NCBI GenBank assembly: GCA_965153455.1
Contig: OZ234494.1
Location: forward strand, 992,001 to 1,056,000
Direction of reading: 5' to 3'
DNA length: 64,000 bases
From: Sphagnum compactum
Taxonomy: Eukaryota
The notes under the pieces were generated by a model that saw only the letters and a list, made by a program, of their open reading frames with translations, had not been told where the DNA came from and made no database searches. The position numbers were made by a program, and so were the translations under genes. This document shows positions 27,611 to 40,959 of the stretch, piece by piece; position 1 is the stretch's first letter; every line of letters begins with the position of its first letter.

Positions 27611-27890
27611 GTAATGTGAACTTCTTCACAATACTTGGCCTTAGATGGCACCACCATGTTACAAATTCCTCCTCCGCTTTCCTGATTGTGCATTTCCTCC
27701 TCACCTTCAGGGCTTGTGTTGTTGCGGTGACCTGAAATGTAATGTTAACTTCTTCACAGTACTCAGCTCAGATGACACCAACGTGTTGCATTTCCTCCTC
27801 AAGTTTCAAGCTTGTGCATTTCCTTGTCACCTTTAGGGCTTGTGCTGTTGCATGACCTAAAGTGTAATGCTAACTTCTTCACAGTACTCC
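27611..27890. repeat. ~126-bp tandem repeat, ~2.2 units
   Basis: GTAATG(T/C)(G/T)AACTTCTTCACA(A/G)TACT recurs at 27611, 27739 and 27864 with similar sequence between. Confidence 0.85.
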
Positions 27891-28932
27891 AATCTGCCAA
27901 GGCAACGTAACTGTGTACATGCTAGATGTTGTCCACAATAGCCAACTCAGAAGAGTTAAGGTCATCATGGATTTTGAGCAGACAGTTCATAGGCAGGATG
28001 AATCTCACCAGACTTTCTGGGTCAGTTGAGAAGTAACACCAAAGTGAAGAAGGTAAAAAAAGAGGACCTGCAATTTTGTTCCCGAGTTGCTGATCTTGTG
28101 GCTGGTGCAGATGACATGGTGATGGTCTGCTGACTCCTGCAATACAACCAGCTGGTGTTGCAAGAAGGCCACAAGGATGCCAAGTTCAACATGAATAAAA
28201 TGGGTGGGCATTCACCAGACCTTTTTACTTCAACAGGATGATGTGTTCTCCTTGCACCCCAATCTTCTCCCACCCTATGAAACAGCAGCAGTCACAGAGA
28301 AATCAAAGACAGATACTAGATCATTTCAGGGTAGACAAATCAACCTTGGATTCTTCAGAATAAGCAATCACTCAATGGATTGTGAGGCCAATCTTTATAA
28401 GCATATAAGTATGCACAAAGGAGTATGAGTGTGGAGAATCAATGTCCCGTAGGCAAATCTAAGAAGTACATATGATTTCAGCTCAGTCAAAGTCAGCCTA
28501 TCCATCAGGCATCATAGCAGCTTGTTCTGTTTCACTGTGGCAATGTGCCAGTCTTGGCAACAGGGCGCTCCTGGTTTAAAACACATGAATACTCAATGCT
28601 AATTTGCAACTGTGGAGCAACCCCCACCCATTTTGTAAAGCAATTTCTTGACAGGAGCAAGATAATGGGAGTAGCTTGCAGCACAGAAGTGAACATGGTA
28701 CCTATAGAAATCAGTGCCAAGTACTGGAACCTGTATATGCGGCCCCCAAGTATGTACACAATAAATTTAAGTTTAAGCAAGCTCAATACTTGCCTAGCTT
28801 ATAACTTGACCAAATGTGAAATGTACTTTTGCATCCTAAAGAACATGAAGGCCTAGTACACTCAGATATCTAGCCATTGACATAAAGTTTCAGGGCATTT
28901 TTGATGAATTCGTGGTACCATCTCATGGGGAT

Positions 28933-31900
28933 TTAGCTCTGCCGCTTTGGAATAATAGGAGAGTTATTGCGGCTGTAAACCTGTGTAAAGAAGTACAATT
29001 AGTACACTCAACAACAGATGTTCCACACAGCTACTAGGCATCAAGGCAAAAACTATGTTTTCCTCACTGTGGCAGTGCTAGACTGGAAACACACCCAGTT
29101 GACATTGGTTGAAAAGATTGCAAACTGAAAAGGAGTTCCCATGGGGATGACATTATAATGAGTTGCTAAAACAGTGCAACATTTCAAACACATTTGCTTG
29201 CAGGAGGGGTGTTGATCAAACCTGGATAGTGTGTGCAACAGCAGCATACAGCTTTTCATGTGTGCATGCCAGTGCTGTGACTGTTGCCCCACATGTCCTC
29301 TGTACGTGAGAAAATGCATCAGCAGATAAAACCTCTTCAATTGGCCATGCCTGCACATTTTTCACAAACACCTGTTGATAAAAATGCAGCACAGGAAATT
29401 CATTTCAACAGTCTTACATTTGTATCAGAAGGTGGCCTACATCTTCCTTTGCAGTGTGCCTTGTAAAAGGACAAACCTTGATTGAGCTGTCCCAGCTGCC
29501 GCTGTATAGCCAACCACCATCAAACACAACACTTGCAATTACCCCCTTGTGGGCTTGCTCAATAGACCTTACATATTCTTCATGTCCATCTCGCCACACC
29601 TGGTTCCCAAAACTGAACTTCAGAAAACATTGCAACACCTTATCTCTGTCCTTGTAATTTCCAATGAAACCTGTGAATCCTTGGGAATGGCTTAATAAGA
29701 ATCCTTACACCAAACATACTGCCAAAAGAATTTCAGAACAATAGAGTGCATGGTCAGAGGCTGATTGTATTGTTTCTGAGTTCTTCCCTTTTAACTGTGA
29801 TACCTGCCAGCAGGTTAAGGAGAATCAATCTTGAAATTGGAAGAGGAACTACAAACCTGAATGCTGCCTGAATCACGAGCAGCAAACAAAAGGCCTGAAG
29901 CAGAACTTCGGGCAAGTGTACGCACACCACCAAGGTACTGAGAAGATGGTCCCCCAAGATGTGCCAGAATGCTGTGATTGGGACGCCACCACAATCGAAT
30001 AGTACCATCCCAGCTCCCACTATACAGTACCTGCCCCTCTACCAGGAGGGTTGATACTACCCCTTTATGTCCTTGCATATCCGTTACAAACTGAAAATCC
30101 TGCACTTTTAAACAAACTGGTCATGAGTCATCCAGCAATGTAATTAAGACTTGATCATGTCACCAATGTGCCGTCAGAACATGTGCTTCAGCATTCAAAG
30201 AACCGGCATGTCAGGGTCTGTAAAAATAGACTGCGAAGCCATGTGACAGTAAAATTTGTTTATTACCACAAGAGACCATGCCTTGATTGTTCTGTCCCCA
30301 CTTCCACTGTACAGCATTTGGTCACTGGAGACTACCAAAGAAGCCACTCCAGAGTAACGCCAATCATCATGCTCCTGCCATGTAGTGACAGGTGCAGAGG
30401 AACTCCTTGTCATGGACAAATTCCACACACAGATCTGTCCCCCATAGTCACCACTGACACAGACATTCGATGCTTCATGCACAGCTACTGCAGTTATTCT
30501 TTGTCCATGGCCTTCCAAGACCTGCATCAATCTATCATCCTGTCCAAAACTGTTAATCAACAGGATATGCACCACAAAAATGATGCTTCCCTCTGTGTCA
30601 AGTTGAAAAGACCTATATCTCTGATTAAAATCTGTAATAGCCACTGACAGCACCAGTGCAGAGTGCACATATCTTTGCTTGGTATCATCCACTCATTTCA
30701 AAACTGACATATATGGATGAAATTTCAGAGAAATCTCCACTGCAAAAAATTGGAAGGTAATATGACAATGTGTGCACTCATAACCTTTACAGAGGTGCCA
30801 TTAAAGACTTGGACAAAACCCAGGGGGGGAAGGGACCAGGACCAGAAGAAGAAAACTAAGTACCAGCCATACACAAACCACATCAGAAAAAAATCCTGTG
30901 GGAGAAGAAGAAAAGTGAGTTAAGGAAGAAATTACTTTGAGAGACCAGATGCGCAGCGTCTTATCAAAGGAGGCACTTATCAAGTAATCCCCTGCAAATG
31001 CAACAATAGAATTCAATACCGTAACTTGCACTGTATTGATCACCCTTGTATTCCTGTAGCAGCAGAGACATTGTGATTATTCCTGTTTGTGTCCATATGA
31101 AATTTCATGTTTGTGCAAATGCAAACAATAACCAGATCTACTTATCAAAGAATAAGACAATCTCTACCATGCAGAGATTGCAGAAAAAATTGCAATCAAT
31201 GGGAGTGTCACATACCACAAAGAGCTAGTGCTGAAACCACATCGAGATGGCCTTGAAGAGTCTGAACTTCAGTACCACATATCTCACTATCTATTAAAGC
31301 TCGTGAGATGGTCAGGGTTTCTTGTCCAACCTCTGCTGCATGGGAATGATCATCTTCAATCAAATCAATTGTCGCTTCTATGCCTGTTTGTTCCTCAAAT
31401 TCCAAGTTACCATCAAGAAGGTTACTGTCATCACCAGAAAAGCCAGAAAGGTCAAACACCCACAAGCTTTCCTGACAACTCTCCTTCTGATGAGCTGGTG
31501 AGAACAGTGGTTGATCATCAATCAGCATTTTCAATCCCCTCCAGATTTCATCTACTTCAGGCCTCTCACTTGGCTCTGGTGCAAAGCACTTTGATAGTTG
31601 CTCTCTAAGTTGACCATGCTGCCCTAGCAATGGCAGTCCGTCTTCTAGCCACGTAAGATGTAAACATCTGCCTTCAAGGATGCTTTGAATAACCTCAGAA
31701 AAATGAACACCATTTACTACAACACGGCTTGAAAACAGTCGCAGTAGCAAAAACCCCAAGGACCAACTGTCAGCCTTGTATGTTATGACATGCTTGAATT
31801 TTGTGTCATCACTTGCTACTACACCTGTTGATCCTGAACTTTCAATTCCTTCCTCCCTGGAGTGAACCTTCTCTAGGCATCTAAGAACTTCTGGACTCAT

Positions 31901-32979
31901 ATACTCCTGGTTCCAACATAAAGACCCAACAGTAGATTCACTGGATTTGTTGCCAGTCTCTTCTTCAGGAGATGCTTCTATTCCAGGTTTGAGTGCCAGA
32001 CTATTGAGCGATTCAGGAACTGAAACCCTACTATTTATTGAATTGCATATCTGTTGTTTGAGCAAAAGTGCGCGTGTTAGATGGAGTTGAAGGTGGTCAA
32101 ATTCATCCAGAATAAGGCATTCTGCCCCTAATACACCTAAGATAAGCCCATGTGCATGTACCTCGATTAGGGTTTCACAGAGTTCCACTGCCAATCTGCA
32201 CAAGGTCCCTGCTGAACTTACACCAGCTGCTGCCTCCTTTTCCATTTTATGGCAGCTGTCAGAACTAGTGCTCTGACTTCCAACAGCATCACCTTTGAAA
32301 CTGCATTCACCACCACCATCATCATCATCATCATCCTTCTTCCTTTCAAGTAAAGCCTGAGCTTTTTTCCAGCCTTGTACATGATCCTTGGAAACAAGGA
32401 AAAGATTTCCTTCTTCACTCATCCACAAGCCAAGTATCTCCAAAACATGCTCACATTGGTGTGAAATGTGTTGCAACTTGAGGAGCTCAAACCTAGTGTC
32501 CGCTTGCAGCTGATTCCAAGCCGCTTTTACGCTTTGCTTGTAACTAGATCCATCTCCTGCAGTTATTATGGCGGTGGACAGAAGGTGCAAGGTCACCTCC
32601 TCACATGTCTTCTTCCTCCACGCTCTTCCGTCGATGCACAAGTCCCCAACCAAAAGACGATCCACAGTTTCTCCTCTCAACTTCACAGTACTCCGTGGAA
32701 TGATCCAGAACTTGTTACCCGCTGTCTCACTATCCTTTTCCCCCTCCTCGCCGGGATGCTTTCGGTTTACAGCCTGATGATCAATTTGCCGTTTCTTGAG
32801 AATACCCAGCTCTTGAGGATCCGAGTTTTGCATCGATTGAATCAAACGCATGAGTTCGATGTTCTTGGGAAGCTCAGAATGGCCCCCGAGCGGCATTCTG
32901 GTTTGCTGCTTGCACTCCGGGCACCGAATCAAACCACCCCCGCCACCACCAGCATCAGAGTGGACGGAGGTGCTGGAGG

Positions 32980-33010
<31 letters not shown>

Positions 33011-33142
33011 CGTTCCCGCCCACTGAGACGGCAGATCCGAAGTGCAGGCATCACACAAAGAGTGCCCACAGGACAGCACACGAGGCAAATGCTCTCCCTC
33101 ATCATAAAGTTGCAAACACACCACACACTCCGCCTCTAGCAT
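28933..33142 (-). CDS. RING-HC zinc finger + degenerate protein-kinase-like domain + C-terminal WD40 repeats (putative E3 ligase; same architecture as Arabidopsis At1g21651-type proteins), ~932 aa, 7 exons
   Basis: Predicted exons 33142-31216, 30991-30936, 30539-30267, 30099-29857, 29599-29477, 29350-29222, 28980-28933 sum to 2799 nt, in frame. RING: CVVC...PRVLSCGHSLCDAC...IRCPEC..LPKNIELM. Kinase-like: YMSPE, KADSWSLG, PSERP. WD40: LQGH..SASFDKTLRIW, EGH..SGDYGGQICVW, YSGSGDRTIKAW, YSGSWDGTIRLW, YSGSWDSSIKAW. Confidence 0.9.
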
Positions 33143-36100
33143 ACTCCCCGTCTTCTCAATTCTCCTCGCCTTTGGCCTGTTCCGGATTCTCCTTATTCGC
33201 TCTATCTATCGCTCTTCCAGCTTCTCTTTCTGCTTCTTCTCTCTCTCTCTCCCTCTCCATTTCTTCAATCTGGCTTCAATCTTCTTTGAAAAAAATTGAG
33301 GAAAAGGGAGAAAAAATATCTCCGAACCTTTATCTCTCAATCACAACTGTCGAAACCTCATCGAATTTCCTTCCCCTTCGAAGGAATTTATCGAATTTGC
33401 TCCTGGGTGAAATTCTTCTTCGCGCACCCTTCTCTTCTCGCTCGCAAACCCTCTCTCGGCAACAAAGAGGAAGCAGGTTTTTAGGGTTTGGTGTTCTGGC
33501 TCCTGTTCACACAGAAGACGAAGAAAAAAGCCAGTTTTACGCATGGGTTCTGATCACACAGAACACCAAAAAACAAAAAACAACAAGAAACAGCGAGTTT
33601 CACACTTGGGGTTAAAATAAAATTCAAACTGCAAATTTATTAGAGGTCAATTTCAAACTGTAATTACAAGTTGTAATGTTTCAAAATATTTTTTATTTTC
33701 TTTGTGTTTTTTCAAATTTTTAAAAAAATCTTTGTGTTTTTCCAATTTCATATACATCATGTTTACATGTAATTTCATACAAATGTAAATATATGTGTAA
33801 TTTCATTTGAATATGTTAAAATTATTTCAAGAGATTCACATTTTTTAAAAAAAAATTTAATGATTAAGCTAGTTTCCAATAAAAACTTCTCCCTTAAATT
33901 CTGATTTAAGGATTTAATCCTCACTTGCTTAGCTGATTTAATGTTTAGGGTTTTTTCTTTTTTCTTTTTATTGTCCCAATCTAATGGACGCGAATGTGTA
34001 CATTTTGGGTGCACCCATCCAATTGATGGGTTGTTTTGAAATCTGCCCATCTACTTGTTGGGTTTCTTCTCAAAATATGAATGTTGGGTAACTGATCTAA
34101 TCATGCCTCTTGTATATCATTTCAGTTTTTTGGGTTGTCACTTGCCTTTTTGTATCACGAGGTATCATATCACTATGAAATGTAAAAACCAATTCATCAT
34201 ACAACTAATTTTTTAAACGAAATTTATTTGATAAACATACAAATAATTATTTAGCTTCAATTCCTTTAAATCTTAATAAAAATGAAATTTTTAAAAAAAT
34301 TATTTGAAAAATTATGCAAGAATCGATTAAAATAAAACACGTCAATTTTAATCTAAAATGTTTTTGAAGATCTAAATGTTTTTAATTAATTTGATGTCAT
34401 TTCAAAAACTTCAATAAGGCTTTGATGAAAATTTAATTTTTTAAAAGTCATAATGAAGTAGACATGCATGTATGGGCAAGTAGAACTAGTTTTTTAATTT
34501 GAGGGCGGGGGGAGTGGTGTCAAAGCAAAGAGTTCACAAGTTCTTAACATGTTCCCCAAAGAGTTCCCAATAGCACCTCACTTTTGCTACTAGTCTTGGT
34601 TTTTCATTTCCGCGGTCCTTGACATTAGGGTTTGCTGCAATTCCATCTCCATCCAAATCTTGATCAATAATTTTTTTATAAAAAAATCCTCCAAGAAAAT
34701 CAAACATGGCAAACAATCAAAATTAAACATCAACAATTCAAAAATCAAGTGCTTAAAAACTCATAATCACCATATTTCTATATTTGATTTCTATGCATTG
34801 TGTAGCCAAACATGTTGCATTCACCAACCCAAGAAAAATTTATGCCACCTTGACATCCCGCCACAAGCACCCCCCACTCCCCCAAACACCTGGAATATAT
34901 ATATTTTTTAATTTCATTTTGGGGAAAATAATATTTTTTTTAAAAATCCTTTTGTAAGGTTGCTGAAGTTTTTTTTGGGTTTTTTAAATTTATATATATA
35001 TAATGAAATTTCACCCCAAATAACACTGCAGCAAAGTAGGGTACATATGATATACATGTGTAAAGATGGGGTATATAGAATGTGTACCAAAAGACAACTT
35101 CATTTTTCTTGTCATAAAAATTTATGGTTGTTTTCATTCTCATTTTGATTTATTTATTTATTTATTGGCGCTCAAGTCATTATAACTCATCATCACAATC
35201 CTCTTTAGTTCTTGTTATGCTTATTATAAGAGCATGTGTTGACAACCCTCCAACATTCACAGGCCATTATATACTTTTCAAAATGAGAATGAAAGCCAAA
35301 ACATATAAGATAAACTTTTTAGTTGCAAACTATTTTTAGGCATGTTGCCATGCTTGGGAGGCATTTCTCATCTCTTCCACACATCTCACCCAATGCACCT
35401 CTATACCTAGTAGATTTGTGACAAATAACATCTTTTTAGTTTACAGCCTTAGATTTTATTAATATATTAATGGTGTCTCAATATTATGTTTTTTCATGAC
35501 GTGTGTTCTTGTGTGTTTATTTGCCTTATACTTCTTGTGGATGGTTCCCATCCTTGATTTTTTTATATACATGGTTTTTTTTCTTGGACATAGTACAAGA
35601 AGAGGGCTTCTGAGAAATTTTGTTGATATGTCATTCATTACTAGCTTTCAATAGTAAACACAAGAGGAGGATATGGCCAAATTTTTTTGGCTATTCTTAT
35701 TGATATACAAAAACAAAAAGCTAAATAACTATAAATAGTTAAAAATGTGAGTAGCAACCATGATTACCTATGTAGGGTAAGTATCAACAATTTTTTTGGG
35801 GCAAAAAATAGTCTCAATCCACCAACTATAAGAATGAATAGTTTGTTTTAGGGTTTCACATGGATTCGAGAGGTTTCAAAATTCAAATGTTTTCAATCAG
35901 TGCAAGAAGGTGAATTGCAAAACAATTGGTGTAAAAAATCACAATTCTTGAATTGTTCTTTTTGTAAATCATTTTCAAGTTTCCAAAATCCGACCTCTAA
36001 AGTTTGGATTCAAAGTTTGGATTATGGACCTCAAATATAGTTTAATCCTTTTAGTCTTAAACTTCAAGGTTCAAAGTCCAAAGATAATTAAACTTCAACC

Positions 36101-36299
36101 TTTCATTTCCTAATTTTGATTCCCAAATTCCTATTTGCCCCAAACTTGCATTTGTTGCAATTTTTTCTTTTAGGGTTACAAACTCCAAAATTGGAATTTG
36201 GTCATAGGAATATGTAATTCCAAAATTGGAACTAGGTCATAGGAATATGCTAATAACCATATGGGCCCTTTATAAACCCCTAAAAACTTCAAGTGTTTT

Positions 36300-37475
36300 A
36301 GACTGCTTGTTTACCATGGGCAAAATCAATGATTGATCATAAAGGTTTAATGCTCCAAATTCAATGCAAGATTTTCATTGTTGTGGAAGAAAAAGAAAAA
36401 GATATCAAACCAACATCTTACTACAACATGTTAAGTACTGGAAATGCAAGGTTTTAAAGCATGGTTTTGATGTTAATAATTTTATTTCAAGAAGAATTTA
36501 ATGCATGCAAAAAATGAAGTAGAATCTTCTAAAGTTGATTGCTCTTTATCTCTAACCAATTGAAAGTTGATTTCCCCTTTGAAAACAAGCACAAATACGT
36601 TCAATTTGTTTCTATCTTTCATTTGCTTTACCATGGTCATCCCATGACGAAGTATGAAAGATGCCCTATTTCATTTCAATTATTACAAGTCAATAGCGTT
36701 TCTCAAAAACATTAGTCTAATACATCAAGTTGCGGCATAGTTAAGATCATGCATAAGGTGTTGCTAGAAGCAACATTAGCCAATTTCATTGTAATCAATG
36801 CATACGAAATAACAACAATTGACAATATTCAATGGTTGTAAATTCACTTGTATGTGGTTGAAAGTTGGAAGAGGATTATGATCCTCCTTTGTTTTGAAAA
36901 TGTTGGAGGCCACATGATCTAATAACATTTGTGGATTGATGGTGAAAGTTTTCTTTAAATTTGGTTGGCTAAGGTTGGAAGAATTAAGAAGGAAGTTAAT
37001 GAACATGCCTACGATGGAAGTAATGTGTCCCAATGCCATTGAACATGCGTAACATTGCAATTTCAAGAGAAGATAGCCCCATTTCTAATTAGAATGCATT
37101 GTTTTGCTCACAAGACCAACTTGATTGTAATCATTTTGTCAAAGTGGATTAGTGTGTCAATTGGAAGACCTCTTGCAAAACTTGTATGTTTTTTCGCCTA
37201 TAGCCCAAAGAAGTTCCAAGGGTTTCAAAAACTTACAAATTTGTTCAATACCAAGGGTAACAAACTATTTAGAAATGTGAAGACTTGATGGATATCCATG
37301 TTGTCTTCGGCAAAATAAGTATATGGAGAATACCACCCTTTGATTGTGAAAATGCATGCTAAAAGTTCAAAAAGTGATGTTGCGAATGTGTTATGTGACA
37401 TTGAGCTCTTTCTTGAGGTCCTTTGTATCCTTCCATTGCTTGAGTGTGTGTACACCTTTTTAAAAAATTGCACAA
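36300..37475 (+). mobile_element. Decayed hAT-superfamily (ZNF862-like) transposase
   Basis: Fragments with stops and frameshifts: CLPWAKSMID..QIQCK, FHLLYHGHPMTKYE, MHKVLLEAT, EITTIDNIQWL*IHLYVVESWKRI, APFLIRMHCFAHKTNL (hAT CxxH motif), RNVKT*WISM (TRW motif). Confidence 0.75.
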
Positions 37476-38287
37476 AACAAAAGGCCTTTCACACATAAAA
37501 GCATACGCCTTTGTCTTCGGCAACATCTAGAATGCAAATTGCTAGCAAATGGTTTCTACACTTGCAAACTTGAAGACTTCAAAATCCTACTTCACCTTTG
37601 TTAGAGGGTGAAAGCATGGTAAAACAAAAAGTAGTGTAAGTAACAAAATATTAGGGTCTCTAAATAAAAAGATTAACAAGTAGATGATTTTATGAAGGTA
37701 ATAATATTTTTTAGGTACATTATTTATTAACTCTTGTTCGCATGGATTGTAAAAGCTAAATTGTTATAATCATGTTTTTTTAAACTACTTACAAGTCCTT
37801 GAATTGGACCTAAAATTTGTGGCAGTTTGAAAAATAAAGTTCAAGTGAAAGTAGGTGAAATGTTTTTGCAAGTATTTGGTTTTTTTTCAAGTACCTCAAT
37901 ATTGATGTGGTGAACACTACAATGTAATTTTCTTGGTTAATGAAGTTTATTTTCATAACAAAAATCATCCCCAACCCTTGAAAAATGATGTAATTGTTGG
38001 GGATATTTTTGGGGTATTTTTTCAAGTCCAAACTATATGACATAATTTGTTTTGAAAAGCTAGGAGGCGAAAGATGCCCATAAAAAAACTAAAAGTTTCA
38101 TTTGTTTTGAAATGTCAAAGGAAGGCTAGAAGTTTAAAAGATTTTTTTCCCTTGTTTTCAAGTAGAAAAGAAGGTAGCAATATGTATAAAACTTGAACAA
38201 AAGCTTTCAAAAACAAAATTTTGCACATTTTGACATTATGAAGCACATGAATGCAAGCTTCACCTTGGACCTAACAGAAGAGAATCA

Positions 38288-39990
38288 CACTATAAGAAAT
38301 TGTGATCATTGAAACCACACTAACCTGTAACTAAAACTCAAAAAACGATTCATATACAACTCTTGTGCAATTATCCCCTTAGAAATACGATGTATTAATA
38401 AATAAGTTGTCATGTTAAAAAATCAATTAGTTGTATTATAGTTGCAAGTGAATTGAAAATGGGTTTTCTATACAATAATTTATTTTCATCATACATACAT
38501 ATGTAGTCAATCATGTTTGATTTTTTTAGGAGTTGCATTTGAGTTACATGTGGCAACTACTTTAAAATTGTTGTAAATGTGCCATTAAAGCAACAATTAT
38601 GTTGCAACTAATGTACAATATACATACATGCAATCATGTTGCTTGTTCACATTTCCACCACCCATTATGGGATACATTTACAACTAGTTTTTGATATTGA
38701 TTCCCATTGATACAATTAATAAGATCACAAATGCGCCATTATTAAAATATTACTGTTCAACTATGTTATGATTATAATACAACTATTTATAACTTAATAA
38801 TGATACCCATTCATTAATTATTTATATCTTCATCATATGTGCTTCATTTTGAATGAAATGAAATGTTATGGGATTACTACCTCAAGCTTTAGAAATCATC
38901 TTTGAAGTGCAAAGGAAAGGAATAATGAAAAAATAACAAGAAGAAAAATAAACTTTCCAATTTACAAAACACATTTTTTTCCTTTTTTTCCTCTCTTTGG
39001 ACCCCTCCTACTTTCAAACCTCATAATTTTCTTATTTTTTATTATTTAAAATGATTCAAAGTGTTATATAGGAATGTCATTTGAAGTTCTACAAATCGTT
39101 TTTCAATTCTAATATCAACATAACAACATACAAGGAATTTTTTGGGTGTTTGGGAACTAGCCTTTGTAGTGGTCAGTGGTTTTCTTTTTCGAATTCTTCA
39201 CCCCCTCTACTTTGGGGGGCCATAATTTTCTCAATTCAAATTTTTTCTTATGATTTTTAATGTGCTAGATGTGTTAAAAGGAAGGGTTCAAGTTTGGTTT
39301 AAATGCTAGAAAAAATGGAGCCCTCCCCTTGGATTTTTGCCTTGAGCGCTTAAGTGTTATAGTTGTAATTCAATTGCAACTTAATTTGCAATTAAGGAAC
39401 AACTAAAAGATTTAACCCATATGTTTTGTCGTCGAATCCCATGTTACAAACTACATAAAAAATATTTGTTCTCTTTATATTTTCACATTAAAATATAAAT
39501 GTCATTTTGGGATGAACTTTAAAAAACTTAACCTAAAAGCAAAACATATAAATGTATTAAAAAAAAATATGCCACATGGTTTTTTTTTAAGGTGCCACGT
39601 GTCACAATCTCGGACCATCATTAACAATCATAATGGATGATGGAGATCAATATTTCGAAAAAAAAAAAATTTTTATGTCCAAAAATCTTCATAATGCCAT
39701 GTGTTAAATTTTAATAGATGGATGACAATTAATGATGCTAGCATGACATCATGAATGTAGTTATAATGTAGTTGCATAGTAATTGAAAATGAGTTGTTTT
39801 GTCAAAGTGGCAATTGAGTTGCAATGAATTGCATCGCATATACGATGAGTTGCAACTCTGCAACTTTGCAATTCATGCAACTTGTTTGGTAACACTCACA
39901 GCATATAAATATAGTGAATTGCAAGTGTCCTCTACGACACAATTTTTGAGTTGCAAAGCTAGTTGTAAAACACCCCTTTTTCTCATAATG
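38288..39990. mobile_element. Non-autonomous CACTA (En/Spm) element, ~1.7 kb
   Basis: Starts CACTATAAGAAA and ends TTTCTCATAATG (reverse complement CATTATGAGAAA). TCA flanks both sides (38285-38287, 39991-39993), a 3-bp TSD. Many subterminal AGTTGCA/TGCAACT motifs. Confidence 0.8.
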
Positions 39991-40119
39991 TCAAGATTTT
40001 GCATGTGTGACCACTAATGTCATTCCTTCCACAAGCATTTAATTTTAGACCTTAGGAATCACAAATTTTTCTAGTAAAAAACAATGGAAAGAGGTTTTTG
40101 ACACTTAATTTTTTGACCT

Positions 40120-40460
40120 TTATGAGGAAAGATGGTTAGCAATGGGGAAAAAGGTTTTTGAAAATGCGATTAAATGGGGATTGCAGATAAGTTTGATGAA
40201 ATTTGGCCTATGATTTTGAAATTTACATTTAGGTAATGTTAAGACAAAATCTACAAGATGCAGAGATGTACAACAAATATCGACCAAAAAGAAATGAGAC
40301 AAATGCAAATGCTTGTAAATGGGTTTGGTACAAAAAAAATGCATAACATTTTTGCAAGAACATCAAAAGCTAATAAGGCCCATGGAGCATATGATGATAG
40401 GAATCAAATTGCACCTAAAGGTACAAGTATTTTGAACCTTGTTGACATTGATAAAGATGT
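40120..40460 (+). pseudogene. Possible decayed Myb/trihelix-like partner ORF of the Harbinger element
   Basis: Fragments EERWLAMG and DCR*V**NLAYDFEIY resemble trihelix W...QCxxKWxNLxxDFKKI. Convergent with the transposase relic. Heavily degraded. Confidence 0.4.
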
Positions 40461-40959
40461 TGCATAAAAGATTACCAAATCTCGTCAATATCAATAAAAT
40501 TTCAATTGACCATTCTTGAAGTTTCCAAATACCTTGACATTCCTCTAACTACCACTTGTAAGAAAACAAAAGTTGATGGGAAACCAAACATAAAACATAA
40601 AATAAGTAGCAGAAATAGTTTTCTGCATTAATTTTTGCATTTTCTTAATTTTCCAAATCTTCTAACAAATTTGAAATAATGAAAGTGGAAACATAATCAC
40701 AAATGGCAAAGGAGGTGATGGAAATGAAAGTGGAAGGACATCAAATTTTAAATATTTTAGAAATTTAACTTCAAATGGTAATAATTTTTCTAGATGTGTT
40801 AAAACCTATACCAATTAAAGATTAATTAGTTAATCATAAAATGTACGTAAACAAAACATTTTGGCAATGTTTTCAAGTTTGTAAAATTAATAAAAACACA
40901 CATTTTAAATTTCAATGTTCACATTTTATTTTCAAAATACATGTTTGTTAAATTTTAGG

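Noticed and set aside
32468..33139. 223-aa plus ORF
   Set aside because: Antisense shadow of RING-protein exon 1.
7693..33142. Functional gene cluster (VSR, GH63 and RING-WD40, all on minus)
   Set aside because: The functions are unrelated and there is no shared pathway evidence; co-orientation of three genes is unremarkable.
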